NCBI GenBank assembly: GCA_051362555.1
Contig: CM120649.1
Location: forward strand, 15,638,567-15,702,566
Length of the DNA: 64,000 bases
Origin: Lingula anatina
Lineage: Eukaryota > Animalia > Brachiopoda
Reading direction: 5' to 3'
Part shown: positions 12,079 to 23,266 of the stretch, one piece after another
Layout of the letters: every line of letters starts with the position of its first letter
How positions within the stretch are numbered: position 1 is the first letter of the stretch
Made by a program: the position numbers and the translations under genes
The notes under the pieces: model-generated
Seen by the model: only the letters and a program-made list of their open reading frames with translations
Databases searched by the model: none
What the model was told of the DNA's origin: nothing

Positions 12079-12528
12079 TTAAATGACTGCGACCATCAAA
12101 ACAACACTGATGCTTTTCCCAAGCCAAGGAATACAGTTTACAGACTGGCGAAGTCCTGCATTTTCTTCGGGAGAAGAGACGTCAACGTATATCGGAATAT
12201 TCTCTTTATTAACACCATTTATGTAGCGGGAGTTTGGTGATACTTGGCGGTGCTTGTTTTCGGGGTTGTCGCCCAATTTCCAACCTCGAACGCTGCGATG
12301 ACAAGCGAAACATTCCACCTCATCGTCCTTGCCGGTGTAGAAAAAGCCGTAACTTGCCAGCCTAGCAGCAGAAGCAGGTGCCCAATCAGGCCAATTGGCA
12401 AAGGTTAAGAGTCGTTGGTGCTCATACTTGTAACGCTGTGTCGGACTAAGCGGACGGTGACCGATTCTTTGTACATCGTCTTCATAAGCTTTCAAACCTA
12501 GTGGTGACTTTCCTTTGCTCAGTGCCAT
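12079..12528 (-). pseudogene. Truncated BIR1-only IAP, an inverted near-identical copy of the 5' end of the 23267 gene
   Basis: Nearly identical to IAP-1 until EENAGL, then unrelated sequence. The last BIR Zn ligand is mutated (HRQVSPNS vs HRQVSPNC). Upstream homology extends over ~12530-12840 vs ~22950-23266. Confidence 0.85.
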
Positions 12529-13012
12529 TCTGAAATAAGAGTGAGTACTTATCGATTTCACCAACGCAGTTTTCTATTTACCAACTTTCTTTGCTAGAGA
12601 GATAATTTGATTCGATATTTGTATTCTATTTACTAAAGGCCTCGCATATACGAGATACTAGGAGCCACATCACAACTACATGTAGATAGGCCTAAACTCC
12701 TCGACAAAATTTCAAAGGGCATTTTGATAAGCTGTAACACAGAAAGCGAACTCTGGAAGTTTGTGGTCGCGTAGGTTTCAAGCATGCATGTAGCTCGTTT
12801 GCCAGTTTTCAATTTACACAAAACACATACTTCAGATAAGTTATCAGTGAAAGTCAAAAGTGCAAAGGAAACAGCTAAGATGGTATTATTGTAGATGTTT
12901 TTATATATTTGTCAGCAGATTTATACATAAAATGTGCCTTTTCTTCTTCAGCCTTAGCTCCATTCCAATTTCCATGGCGGTGAATGGAGTTGGTATGTAA
13001 GTTTATATGATT

Positions 13013-13220
13013 CAGGCCCGTAGCCAGGGGGGGGGGGGGGGGGGGGGGGGTTCGGGGGGTTCGAAAGAACCGCCCCTTTTGCTGGGAAAAGGTCCACTCT
13101 GGGTAAAAATTGATCTAGGTACATGAAGTTTTCATGGAAAAAGGTCCACTTTATTTTCAAAAAAAAAAAAAAAAAAAAAAAAACAGAACCCCCCTATTGA
13201 AATTGCTGGCTACGGGCCTG
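13013..13220. mobile_element. MITE with CAGGCCCGTAGCCAG termini and 5-bp TSD (hAT5-like)
   Basis: TIRs caggcccgtagccag/ctggctacgggcctg; TSD tgatt. Confidence 0.85.
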
Positions 13221-15548
13221 TGATTGGTATGATTTTCACATCGTATGGTGGTGAGATTTGCATGAGTTTTCCTATGAATTTGGTTTAAAAGTATAGGCGA
13301 TCTGTTATGGCCTTTAGTGGGTAATCTAGTAAGAAATGAGTTAATACTTGTTAATAAAAAAGTCCGCATTTACGACATTCATCTTAAACATGATTCATCG
13401 TCTACAGTTAGTTTATATTCGTCATCAACACAGGTCTGTCCTTCATGCACACATGCTATGATTAGTTCAGTATCAACACATCATTTTAGACAGAACATAT
13501 TATGATTTTAAACTTACCGGTGCTGATCTAGTGCTCACAGCAGTGTCACCATTACAGTATCTGTGGATTCGACTGCTGACCGTGTACAAAGTGCGTATAT
13601 CTACGAACACGCCTACTTTGGTAAGTCGCCATAAAAAATCACACCATGTTATCGTATGACGCAGTCTGAGGAGTATGAATAACATGTTTGTTTTAAACAC
13701 ATGAAAATGGGCGAATTTCATAACCATGTCAATAAAATTAACTAGGCTGCTTTATATTAATAAGATAAAAGAGATTGATATTTAGCCAGAAGTTATCTGT
13801 CAGAGCACTTATATGCAGGGACACTCGGCGTAATTCAACCGGTCTAGGGATACGCGTGGGGAGCCGTGTGAGAGGTGTAGAGACCATTGTAGGATTAGTT
13901 CGCTGCCTTATTAGACCTCGGCTCTTCTCGATGTGAATGCTGCCTTAGATTACCACACGTAAGTTTAGAATAATAAGATGTTCAAAGTCTGCAATGATGC
14001 GTTGATACTGACTAAGACTGGCTTCCCATGCCTAGATTGATCCATCTGGATCGGTCTAACTCCCTGAGTAGTTTCACTAAATTGATATCAGCCTAACCGG
14101 CTTAATAGCCTGTCACGCCTACCGAATCAGCTATGGTGAATATAATTACCCCTTAATAGCTTGACTTACATTTAAGCCGGTTACGTTGATAGCAATTTAG
14201 TAAGACTCCTCAGGGAGATGGATAGACCCAAATATCTGTGGGGATGGTCCCTACATCATAACAGGTGTGTGTTATGGACAGACGTGTGTTGATAAATAAT
14301 GTAAATTGACGGTCGACGATTATCTCATGTCTACGGCTATTACCGATATATGATGTAAGTAGTAGAATAAACCCCTGACAGTTCTTAAAAAAGTGGCAGA
14401 GCTATTAAAAAATGCCATAGTAAAGTAGCAGAGCTATTACAAAAATGTGACAAAGACATTCTTTTATTTATTTGTTTGTTTATTTATGAAAAGATGCTTA
14501 TGTAGTAGTAGAAGTATGTCGTTTTCGACCTACATTCTGGAAAGGAGCTATATACTTTCAATGTAATTTTTTTTTGTGAACCTTGAACCTTTTAAGGAGC
14601 AGTATACTTTCAATGCAAGCAAAGAGGAATGACGCATGCACTAGATGCCCTTGGATACCTACGAGGTGGCAAGCAGAGGGAAGGGGTCTTATTTGTTAAG
14701 CGGATTTGTCAACAAACTAACACCCGAAGAACGTGCAGGCGGATTTGCAAATATTGCTTTGTAAGCGAATTTCAATGAAGAGTGCACTTGGATACCTACG
14801 AGGTAATATCTCAAGTAGAGAGAGGCGGCTCTTGTGTGTTAAACGGAATGGTCAACAATCTACCGGATAGAGTCGACTAAACAAGCAGTGTCTTATGCTG
14901 AACGCTGTCATGTATAGTGCCTTCGAGCTATATAATATTCAATATTCACATGTCTCACTTGTGTATTGCAAACATGTCCAGGCATGTTTATGTTTACTCA
15001 GATAAGGTAGACCGCTGGTCAACAAAGAAATACCACCGTCCAGGGGTAACTATAGCTATCAATGCTTTTTTAATTGTTTTTCTTTTTTAAAGTCTTATTA
15101 TTATTATTATTATTATTTTATTTTATTTTATTTTATTATTATTATTTTTTTTTTTGCGTATTTAAAATTTTTATAACATCATTTTCTCTGTTTGTGAAAA
15201 TCTTATCTTGTCTGTTTTGATTACAGTCACGTCCCATCTTATAGTTAAAAGTGTGCTTGCACTGAAGTTTGCGTCAATAAGAGGGTATACGAACAGTTAC
15301 GCTACAGCTGATTTAACAATAATGAGTGACGATCTTTGCTTATTGACAAGGTAGTTTTATTTACTTATTTTATTGTGTGTTAAATGGAATGGTCAATAAT
15401 CTACCGGATAGAGTCGATTAAACAAGCAGTGTCTTATGCTGAACGCTGTCATGTATAGTGCACCAAGGTCACCAATGATGATGAGTACCAATCGGAAATT
15501 GTCAAGTATTTACAAGAGGAGAAACATAAGACGCGACCTTTAACCAAA

Positions 15549-16307
15549 ATGATTGATCGTATAGAATCAGATCAACGCAAACTGTGGAAAAGAGATGACC
15601 TTACCTTGGACGAAAAAGTTGCCTTGAACGACGAACTGTTCCTCAAAAAACAGTCATACTGGAAACAACTAAGAACAAAAGAACAATACAATAACCCTGT
15701 GGGCACTGATCCCGTGTATATGACTACCACTCCTACACGACACGAAACATTCCCTCCACCATATAAGACTGTACATGTAGGTACACCGCAGCGATTGCCT
15801 GTCACTTTAAGGGGGGAACACCTTCCCGCAGAGGGGCCTAAAAGAAAGTTGTTTGGTAAAACACCAAGAGAACCCTTGCAAAAGCAAACGCGTTTTAAGC
15901 ATTACGCTGTTCCACCAAAGACATATAACTTAAGACCGAAACCTAAACCGATTCAGACAGGGAAGGGGACTCCCTTATTACAAAGGTATGCGTCGGATTC
16001 AGAATATACAGAGTCCCCGCTAATTTATAAAGATTTGTCTACGCATGGCAGGAATATTGAATACCATACCGATCCTGATGTGTCCGATAGCATAGAATCG
16101 GCTAGCAACGGAGTGTCGGAGCAAACCGAGATGTCAAACACAGAGTCGGAGGACAGCGAGTCAGAAAGTGGTGAAACTTCCAACGAGTTGGCTACAGAGA
16201 CGGATGATAGTGAATCGGAAAATTACAAATATGGGCACAAATCCCTGGACCCTATTATTTTCAATAATAACAATATCAAGAATGACCCAGGATACAAGGT
16301 GTTTTAA
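15549..16307 (+). CDS. Polinton-type uncharacterised protein, probably 5'-truncated
   Basis: LWKRDDLTLDEKVAL and IQTGKG resemble conserved small Polinton/adintovirus ORFs (recalled, not searched); the frame stays open upstream to ~15460; acidic Ser-rich tail. Confidence 0.55.
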   Translation: MIDRIESDQRKLWKRDDLTLDEKVALNDELFLKKQSYWKQLRTKEQYNNPVGTDPVYMTTTPTRHETFPPPYKTVHVGTPQRLPVTLRGEHLPAEGPKRKLFGKTPREPLQKQTRFKHYAVPPKTYNLRPKPKPIQTGKGTPLLQRYASDSEYTESPLIYKDLSTHGRNIEYHTDPDVSDSIESASNGVSEQTEMSNTESEDSESESGETSNELATETDDSESENYKYGHKSLDPIIFNNNNIKNDPGYKVF

Positions 16308-17183
16308 CATTACTATCAAAACAGAGAGCAATATCCACTGTATATTGGTGCACGTGGCCGATATGCTATTCCAATCAAAATACCAGTTCAGAAAAAAAGT
16401 AAATAATTTATCACCGTCCAGGGGTAACTATAGCTATCAATGCTTTTTTAATTGTTTTCCTTTTTTAAAGTCTTATTATTATTATTATTTATTATTATTA
16501 TTATTATTTTTTTTTTTTTTTGCGTATTTAAAATTTTTTATAACATCATTTTCTTTGTTTGTGAAAATCTTATCTTGTCTGTTTTGATTACAGTCGCGTA
16601 CATTTATTATTTAACAATAATGAGTGACGATCTTTGCTTATTAACAAGGTAGTTTTATTTACAGAAAGGTTTACAAACACCACTGTATCATTAGAATACA
16701 CGCTTCGCATTTAGACTGGGAGTTATGTATAAATAGCAATATTCAGGAGGCGGAAGGAAAAGTAATCTGATTCTATACTATCAATCATTTTGGTTAAAGG
16801 TCGCGTCTTATGTTTCTCCTCTTGTAAATACTTGACAATTTCAGATTGGTACTCATCATCATTGGTGTCCTTGGTGCACTATACATGACAGCGTTCAGCA
16901 TAAGACACTGCTTGTTTAGTCGACTCTATCCGGTAGATTGTTGACCATTCCATTTAACACACAAGAAAATAAGTGAATAAAACTACTTTGTCAATAAGCA
17001 AAGAGCGTCACTCATTATTGTTAAATCAGCTGTAGCGTAACTGTTCGTATACCCTCTTATTGACGCAAACTTCAGTGCAAGCGCACTTTTAACTATAAGA
17101 TGGGATGCGACTGTAATCAAAACAGACAAGATAAGATTTTCACAAACAAAGAAAATGATGTTATAAAAATTTTTAAATACGCA

Positions 17184-17246
<63 letters not shown>

Positions 17247-17337
17247 GACTTTAAAAAAGGAAAACAATTAAAAAAGCATTGATAGCTATAGTTACCCCTG
17301 GACGGTGGTATTTCTTTGTTGACCAGCGGTCTACCTT

Positions 17338-17622
17338 CCCGCACAAAAATGCAGTAGTATCGAAGTAGCAAAGAAGCATTAACGCAGTAGTGGTGTGGAG
17401 CATATTTGCAGTAGAAATGCAGTATAGCCTACTGCAATTCTACTTCAAAAATTACATAGGGTTGTACAGAGGAGGAGCATTAATGCAGTAGATTAGCAGC
17501 ATGATAGAAGCATGTTTCAAATATGCTAATTAGCTCCCACATCGAAGCAGATTTGAAGCATGTTTGCAGTATGATTGCAGTAGTCTACTGCGCTGGAGTA
17601 TCTACTTCGTTTTCGTGCGGGT
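17338..17622. mobile_element. ~285-bp MITE inserted in the right Polinton TIR; partial second copy at ~22695-22952
   Basis: cccgcacaaaaa...ttttcgtgcggg termini; absent from the left TIR arm (empty site at ~14998-15010). Confidence 0.85.
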
Positions 17623-18476
17623 TATCTGAGTAAACATAAACATGCCTGGACATGTTTGCAATATTTGAATACACAGGTGAGACATGTGAATATTGAATAT
17701 TATATAGCTCGAAGGCACTATACATGACAGCGTTCAGCATAAGACACTGCTTGTGTAGTCGACTCTATCCGGTAGATTGTTGACCATTCCGTTTAACACA
17801 CAAGAGCCGCCTCTCTCTACTTGAGATATTACCTCGTAGGTATCCAAGTGCACTCTTCATTGAAATTCGCTTACAAAGCAATATTTGCAAATCCGCCTGC
17901 ACGTTCTTCGGGTGTTAGTTTGCTGACAAATCCGCTTAACAAATAAGACCCCTTCCCTCTACTTGCCACCTCGTAGGTATCCAAGGGCATCTAGTGAATG
18001 CGTCATTCCTCTTTGCTTGCATTGAAAGTATACTGCTCCTTAAAAGGTTCAAGGTTCACAAAAAAAAAAAAATTACATTGAAAGTATATAGCTCCTTTCC
18101 AGAATGTAGGTCGAAAACGACATACTTCTACTACTACATAAGCATCTTTTCATAAATAAACAAACAAATAAATAAAAGAATGTCTTTGTCACATTTTGTA
18201 ATAGCTCTGCCACTTTACTATGGCATTTTTTAATAGCTCTGCCACTTTTTTAAGAACTGTCAGGGGTTTATTCTACTACTGATGTAAATGCAATAGTTGT
18301 TTCTAAGAAAGTTTTTAAAATATGACAAATTATTTACTTTTTAGTTTTAAGGGTAAAATGTCCACGTATGCCTTACTGTATGTAGGGAATTAGGGGGCAA
18401 TCAGAAAGACCCCTCGGACGAGCGGGTTCGGTCCAGGGATTTTCTCTAATCGTTATGACTGTTATCTGTTTAAGTC

Positions 18477-18683
18477 CCCATTCCCAGAGATAAGATCGCT
18501 CTACTTTAGATCGACCTAACTCCCTGGGGGTTCTCGCTAAATAGCTGTCAGCCGAGCGGGCACGTAAGTTAATTACCCCCTTACAGCTTGTAGTAGGCGG
18601 GATGGACACTTAAGCCGGATTATCTGACAGTAATCTAGTGAGACTCCCAGCAGGGATAGATCAATCTAAAAGGTCTGGGAATA
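18477..18683. mobile_element. ~210-bp MITE family (cattcccagag...ctgggaat); other copies at 46474-46700 and, degenerate, ~14020-14245
   Basis: Shared TIRs and internal taattaccccc core; the 46.5-kb copy is inverted. Confidence 0.7.
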
Positions 18684-21600
18684 CGTTCTAAATGTCTGAC
18701 ACAGCCCGGGAGCCACTGAGCTGCCGCTAGGGGGACTTTAGAGAAACCGGAAGTCTACGTACTTTGAATTGACCAAAATTTCGAGTATTTACAGGGTATC
18801 AAAAAGGGTGAAATATCTCAGTTATTAAGGTACCCAATGTATCATTATGTATATTCTCATTTTTAAAATTTTCAAATAAAATGGGATGCGCCTTGACTTG
18901 ATCCAGAGACGCTTTTGTGTAAAAAAGTGAGTTTGAAATTAAAAATGTGTGAAAGCAATTACGCAAGTCCAACTTTAACGCCCATGTTTGTACTCATAGA
19001 GGTCTCTCCGGATTTTAGAATTTGCGAAAAAAATGTGAGGAATTTATTCAGCTTTTTGTCATAGTAAGCATGTCAAGGGACATTCGTTCAGCTGAAAGTG
19101 TCTCGATTCAAACCACACTCGAGTGCCGTCAAAAAATTGCTCTCGCAATATCCGTACATCACCCCGTTTGGAGTTCTTATATTCTTAAGTATCCCAGTCT
19201 CGTTTTGGCTCCCCCCCCCCCCCTTTTTTTTGTGCACACACAAACACGTATGTATTGAAAATATGCAGATTTGATAATTGAATATATTATAGTCTGGTGC
19301 TGGGAAAAAGTGGCAAAATAAAAACAGAATATGCTGGAATGGCCCGACTATCACTCAGATTTTACTGATTGTTCTTTTTTCATTTCTAATAGTTTTTTTT
19401 TTTTTTGTATTTGATAAAACTATTACCAACTTGTATGCATATTAATTTTTTCATCAACATATAAAATTTACCAACAAATGAAGGACCAATATTATATTTC
19501 ATTAATTATTGTTGCTTTTGTTATTTTAACATTCGAGCTACTTGTATATCATCTGCAATAAAACCAACAGAAAATATCAATTTTTATTGTTTTTTTTTTA
19601 TTTTTACAACATGCATTGTAATGATTAGTATACACTACTCATAATCAATCAGTACAAGTTTATATTGCAATTCATAATTGTTTAGCCAATGAACAGACAG
19701 ATTCCTATTGAAAGGGCAATTCTTAAATTTTAACATATGATATAATTTAATTAATTTTCCCATGGGCAACATTTTTTTTGCTACCAAGTCATATTCCAAT
19801 CCATCTTTGAATTTGATTTTACTCAATTGTTTTATTTTTAAGTTAAGTTTTGTCCAATTGCCAATGACAAACTATATTACACCATGAATGCATATTCTTG
19901 ATTTTACTGATTATCTACTAGTATAACATATAATATTAGCAACAGCTAGGGTAACTAATAATATGCAATCCCTTTAAAGTATGTCAGAAGTTGAGATGGT
20001 GCTCTATGTCACACAGCATCAGAAATGATGGGTATGTCTCGAACGGCTTCTGTCTGTCATGAGGATTGCAGATCAAGGTATAGCAAAAGGATTCATCCTG
20101 GCCCCATTCACGTTGTTCAAGCCTAAATTAATGAAAATATACATATGGAAGTGTGAAAAAATCCATTTATCCCATTTACTAGTATTTAAAAGATACATAA
20201 AAAAAAGATTCTAGGACAATCCCCCCCCCCCGGACAATTCCCCCCGGACTATTCCAACCCCCCCCCCCCCCCCCCCCCCCCCCCATTGATTCAGTAAGTC
20301 TTGAATCAAGGTGCATCTCTAGGGAGAGGTGGGGTAAACAGATTTTCTCTCATATCCAGGTATCCCTGTGGCTATTTGTCACTTTTAATTGCTTGACACC
20401 ACCCACCACCCACCACACTAAAATATTTATAAAATATCTGTTTACCTGTTCATCTGTTTACCCCACTTTTACCTGAAGGATAGGTGGTTATACTTCGATT
20501 AGATACTTAATAAATCTTCCTGTACTTGTACTCAATGAAAAGGGAATTTGTTATACAGTAAAATAATTTGTTTCATGATGAAGTTGTGTTTTCTAGTAGT
20601 TTTCTTATCACACACACTCACATAAACTAAAATACATGTAGATAATATATAAACAACCTTTGTAATAGCAAAACAGGTAGCAATTACAGTTGAATAGTAT
20701 TACTGAGGGTAATCTACACTCAAAGTCAATCAGTATGTTTGTGCAAACCATATGTAATTCTGTATATGGCAGAGAAAAAATGAGATGGCGACGCGCGTTC
20801 GCATGCGTGTGACAGCAAGTATCTGCACACTGCCAACTCAAAATTACTTTTTTTCTGCTTTATTTAAGTCCATGTCTAACAAAATCGGCATAAGTGAGCA
20901 AGCATTCTTACACTGACATATCTTACACTGACATTCATTCAATAACTACGACACCAACGAGGATGTTACCACTTGATCCAATGATCTTTACGCTCAATAT
21001 ACACCTTGTTGGAAATGCTCAAAATCTATAAGACAGAGGTTTCTCCGAATTCCAAAATTTTCACATGTGCAAAAATGATCATTAAGCTATCTAAAAATGT
21101 GAACAGAAAAAGAATATACTTGTTCAGCTGCATTTGTCTTTATTCAAAAAAGCGTGTTTACATCGGAGTTTTGTCTGACGCCATTTTGGTGCTGGCATCT
21201 AAAATCAGTAAACACTCTGTGAAATACAAATGTCAACATTATTTTGGTGTATACAATATAACTTAGGCATATAATATATTGTTCTGCCAAGTCTTTTTAA
21301 ATACATCTCTACAGTCATTCTATAATCACTTTTTAATCTTACCCTATTCTATGCCTCTGATTCCCGCCATATTTTCTTAGGGCAAAGCGGGCCTATTTGA
21401 AAACGAGGCTACTATGTAATTATTGGGAAATTAACGGTCATATAGGCCAGTGGTTCCCGGGCTGGACACGCCTCCTCGAGCCTCGTTTGAGGCGAGCACA
21501 TACATACGTAAGGATTAGGCAAGGAGGTGATACACTGAATGGACTTCTGATAGGTTCAATGCAAGTTGGGTCGATCCACTTGGGACGAATCAGAATGTTT

Positions 21601-23266
21601 GAATCAGAACGCGGTCTCATAGTTATGGTAAATGTAGTATGAGTAATAGAACGGTATACAGCTGTCATGTGATCACTTGTAAACAAGAACAAGTAGGAAT
21701 TAAGGATTTTCTATCAAGAATGCATGTGTATATAATATACATAACGTGAATCCTAATGTTTCCATTTCGACTGCTGAAGATTCATGTCAATTCACCGTAT
21801 AGATGTAAAGGAAAAAATAAGTATTATTACTTGATGCATCTCTGAAGATCTACTTTACAGATGTCACATATAATCCGAGCTTTCGGCATCTAGGCTTTCT
21901 TCGGGGTTCAGTAATAATATATCATTTCGACTGCTAACACACTAGGATATTTTTCCTATCGTGCATTACACATACAGGTACATGTATCGGTATCGAAACA
22001 TTAAGGCCGATTGACTACTGGCAATAGGTTAATAAGTTACATTATTTAAACGGAGCTCTCGCGTTTGAAAAGGCCAGATTTGGTCCAAACATTTGGAAGG
22101 AACGTTGTGAAAGGGCACTCTGGGTGCAAAAATAACCTTGTTCATTTTTTTAGGCTGTTACGAAGTTGTAAACAGATAATGCTTTCCTTGAAAAATTGAA
22201 AGACTTAATTTTATAAAATTTTATAAATTACTTACCGATTTGATTTTTGTATAATATTTTGTGTAGTAAAAGAATTTGAATACAACACGCTGCTGACTTA
22301 TTTCCAAAAACCAATAAATAAGTAAAATAAAATAGATAAACAACAACAAAAAAAGTGTTACTTTCCAGAGCATCAAAACATTTAAGCGGTCATTAACAAA
22401 AAGGAACAGTTTTTTTATCTTTTTGCTTTCTTCCTTTCTTAATTTTTTTTCTTTTTTTTTTTTTTTTTTTTTTTTTGTGAGTGTATCTTAAATGTGTGTG
22501 ACGGGGTAGGACGTAGGACGTGCGAGGAAACCCCCTATCTGGTAGTCAAAGTTAAAAGTTACATGTGTGTACCAGTTCAAGTTGCATGTGGCTCCTATTA
22601 TTTCGTATATGCGAAGCCTTTGATAAATATAATACAGATATCAGGCCAAACTTTCTCTCTAGCAAACAAAGCTGGTAAAAGAGAACATTTTTTCGTAGTA
22701 GCAAAGAAGCATTAACGAAGTAGTGGTGTGGAGCATATTTGCAGTAGAAATGTAGTATAGCCTACTGCAATTCTACTCCAAAAAGTACATAGGTTTGTAC
22801 ATAGAGGAGCATTAATGCAGTAGATTAGCAGCATGATAGAAGCATGTTTCAAATATGCTAATTAGCTCCCAAATCGAAGCAGATTTGAGGCATGTTTGCA
22901 GTATGATTGCAGTAGTCTACTGCGCTGGAGTATCTACTGCGTTTTCGTGCGGGTTATCTGATATATGGACGGTGTTAATTAAAAACTGGCAAACGAGCTA
23001 CAAGCATGCTTGAAACCTACGCGACCAAAAATTTGGCCAGAGTTCGCTGAAGTCTGTGTCACAGCTTATCAAAATGCCCTTTGAAGTTTGGCGAGGAGTT
23101 TAGGCCTATCTACATGTAGTTGTGATGTGGCTCCTAGTATCTCGTATATGCGAGGCCTTTAGTAAATAGAATACAAATATCGAATCAAATGATCTCTCTA
23201 GCAAAGAAAATTGGTAAATAGAAAACTGCGTTGGTGAAATCGATAAGTACTCGCTCTTATTTCAGA

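Larger units (their letters stand above)
14358..18280. mobile_element. Non-autonomous Polinton/Maverick derivative
   Basis: Termini AGTAGTAG...CTACTACT; 6-bp TSD GATGTA (14352-14357, 18281-18286); inverted arms 14358-15572 and 16765-18280; internal ORF with a QTGKG motif. Confidence 0.85.

Noticed and set aside
16168-17371. Hydrophobic ORFs with poly-L/I/Y runs
   Set aside because: Translations of (tta)n/(ttta)n microsatellites in TIR-derived sequence.
18700-21400. Possible further transposon or exon relics
   Set aside because: Could not establish paired termini, a TSD or a recognisable protein motif.
21880-21915. Mini-hammerhead/Penelope-like motifs here and at ~57500-57535
   Set aside because: The CUGANGA core is not intact and the stems could not be completed by eye.
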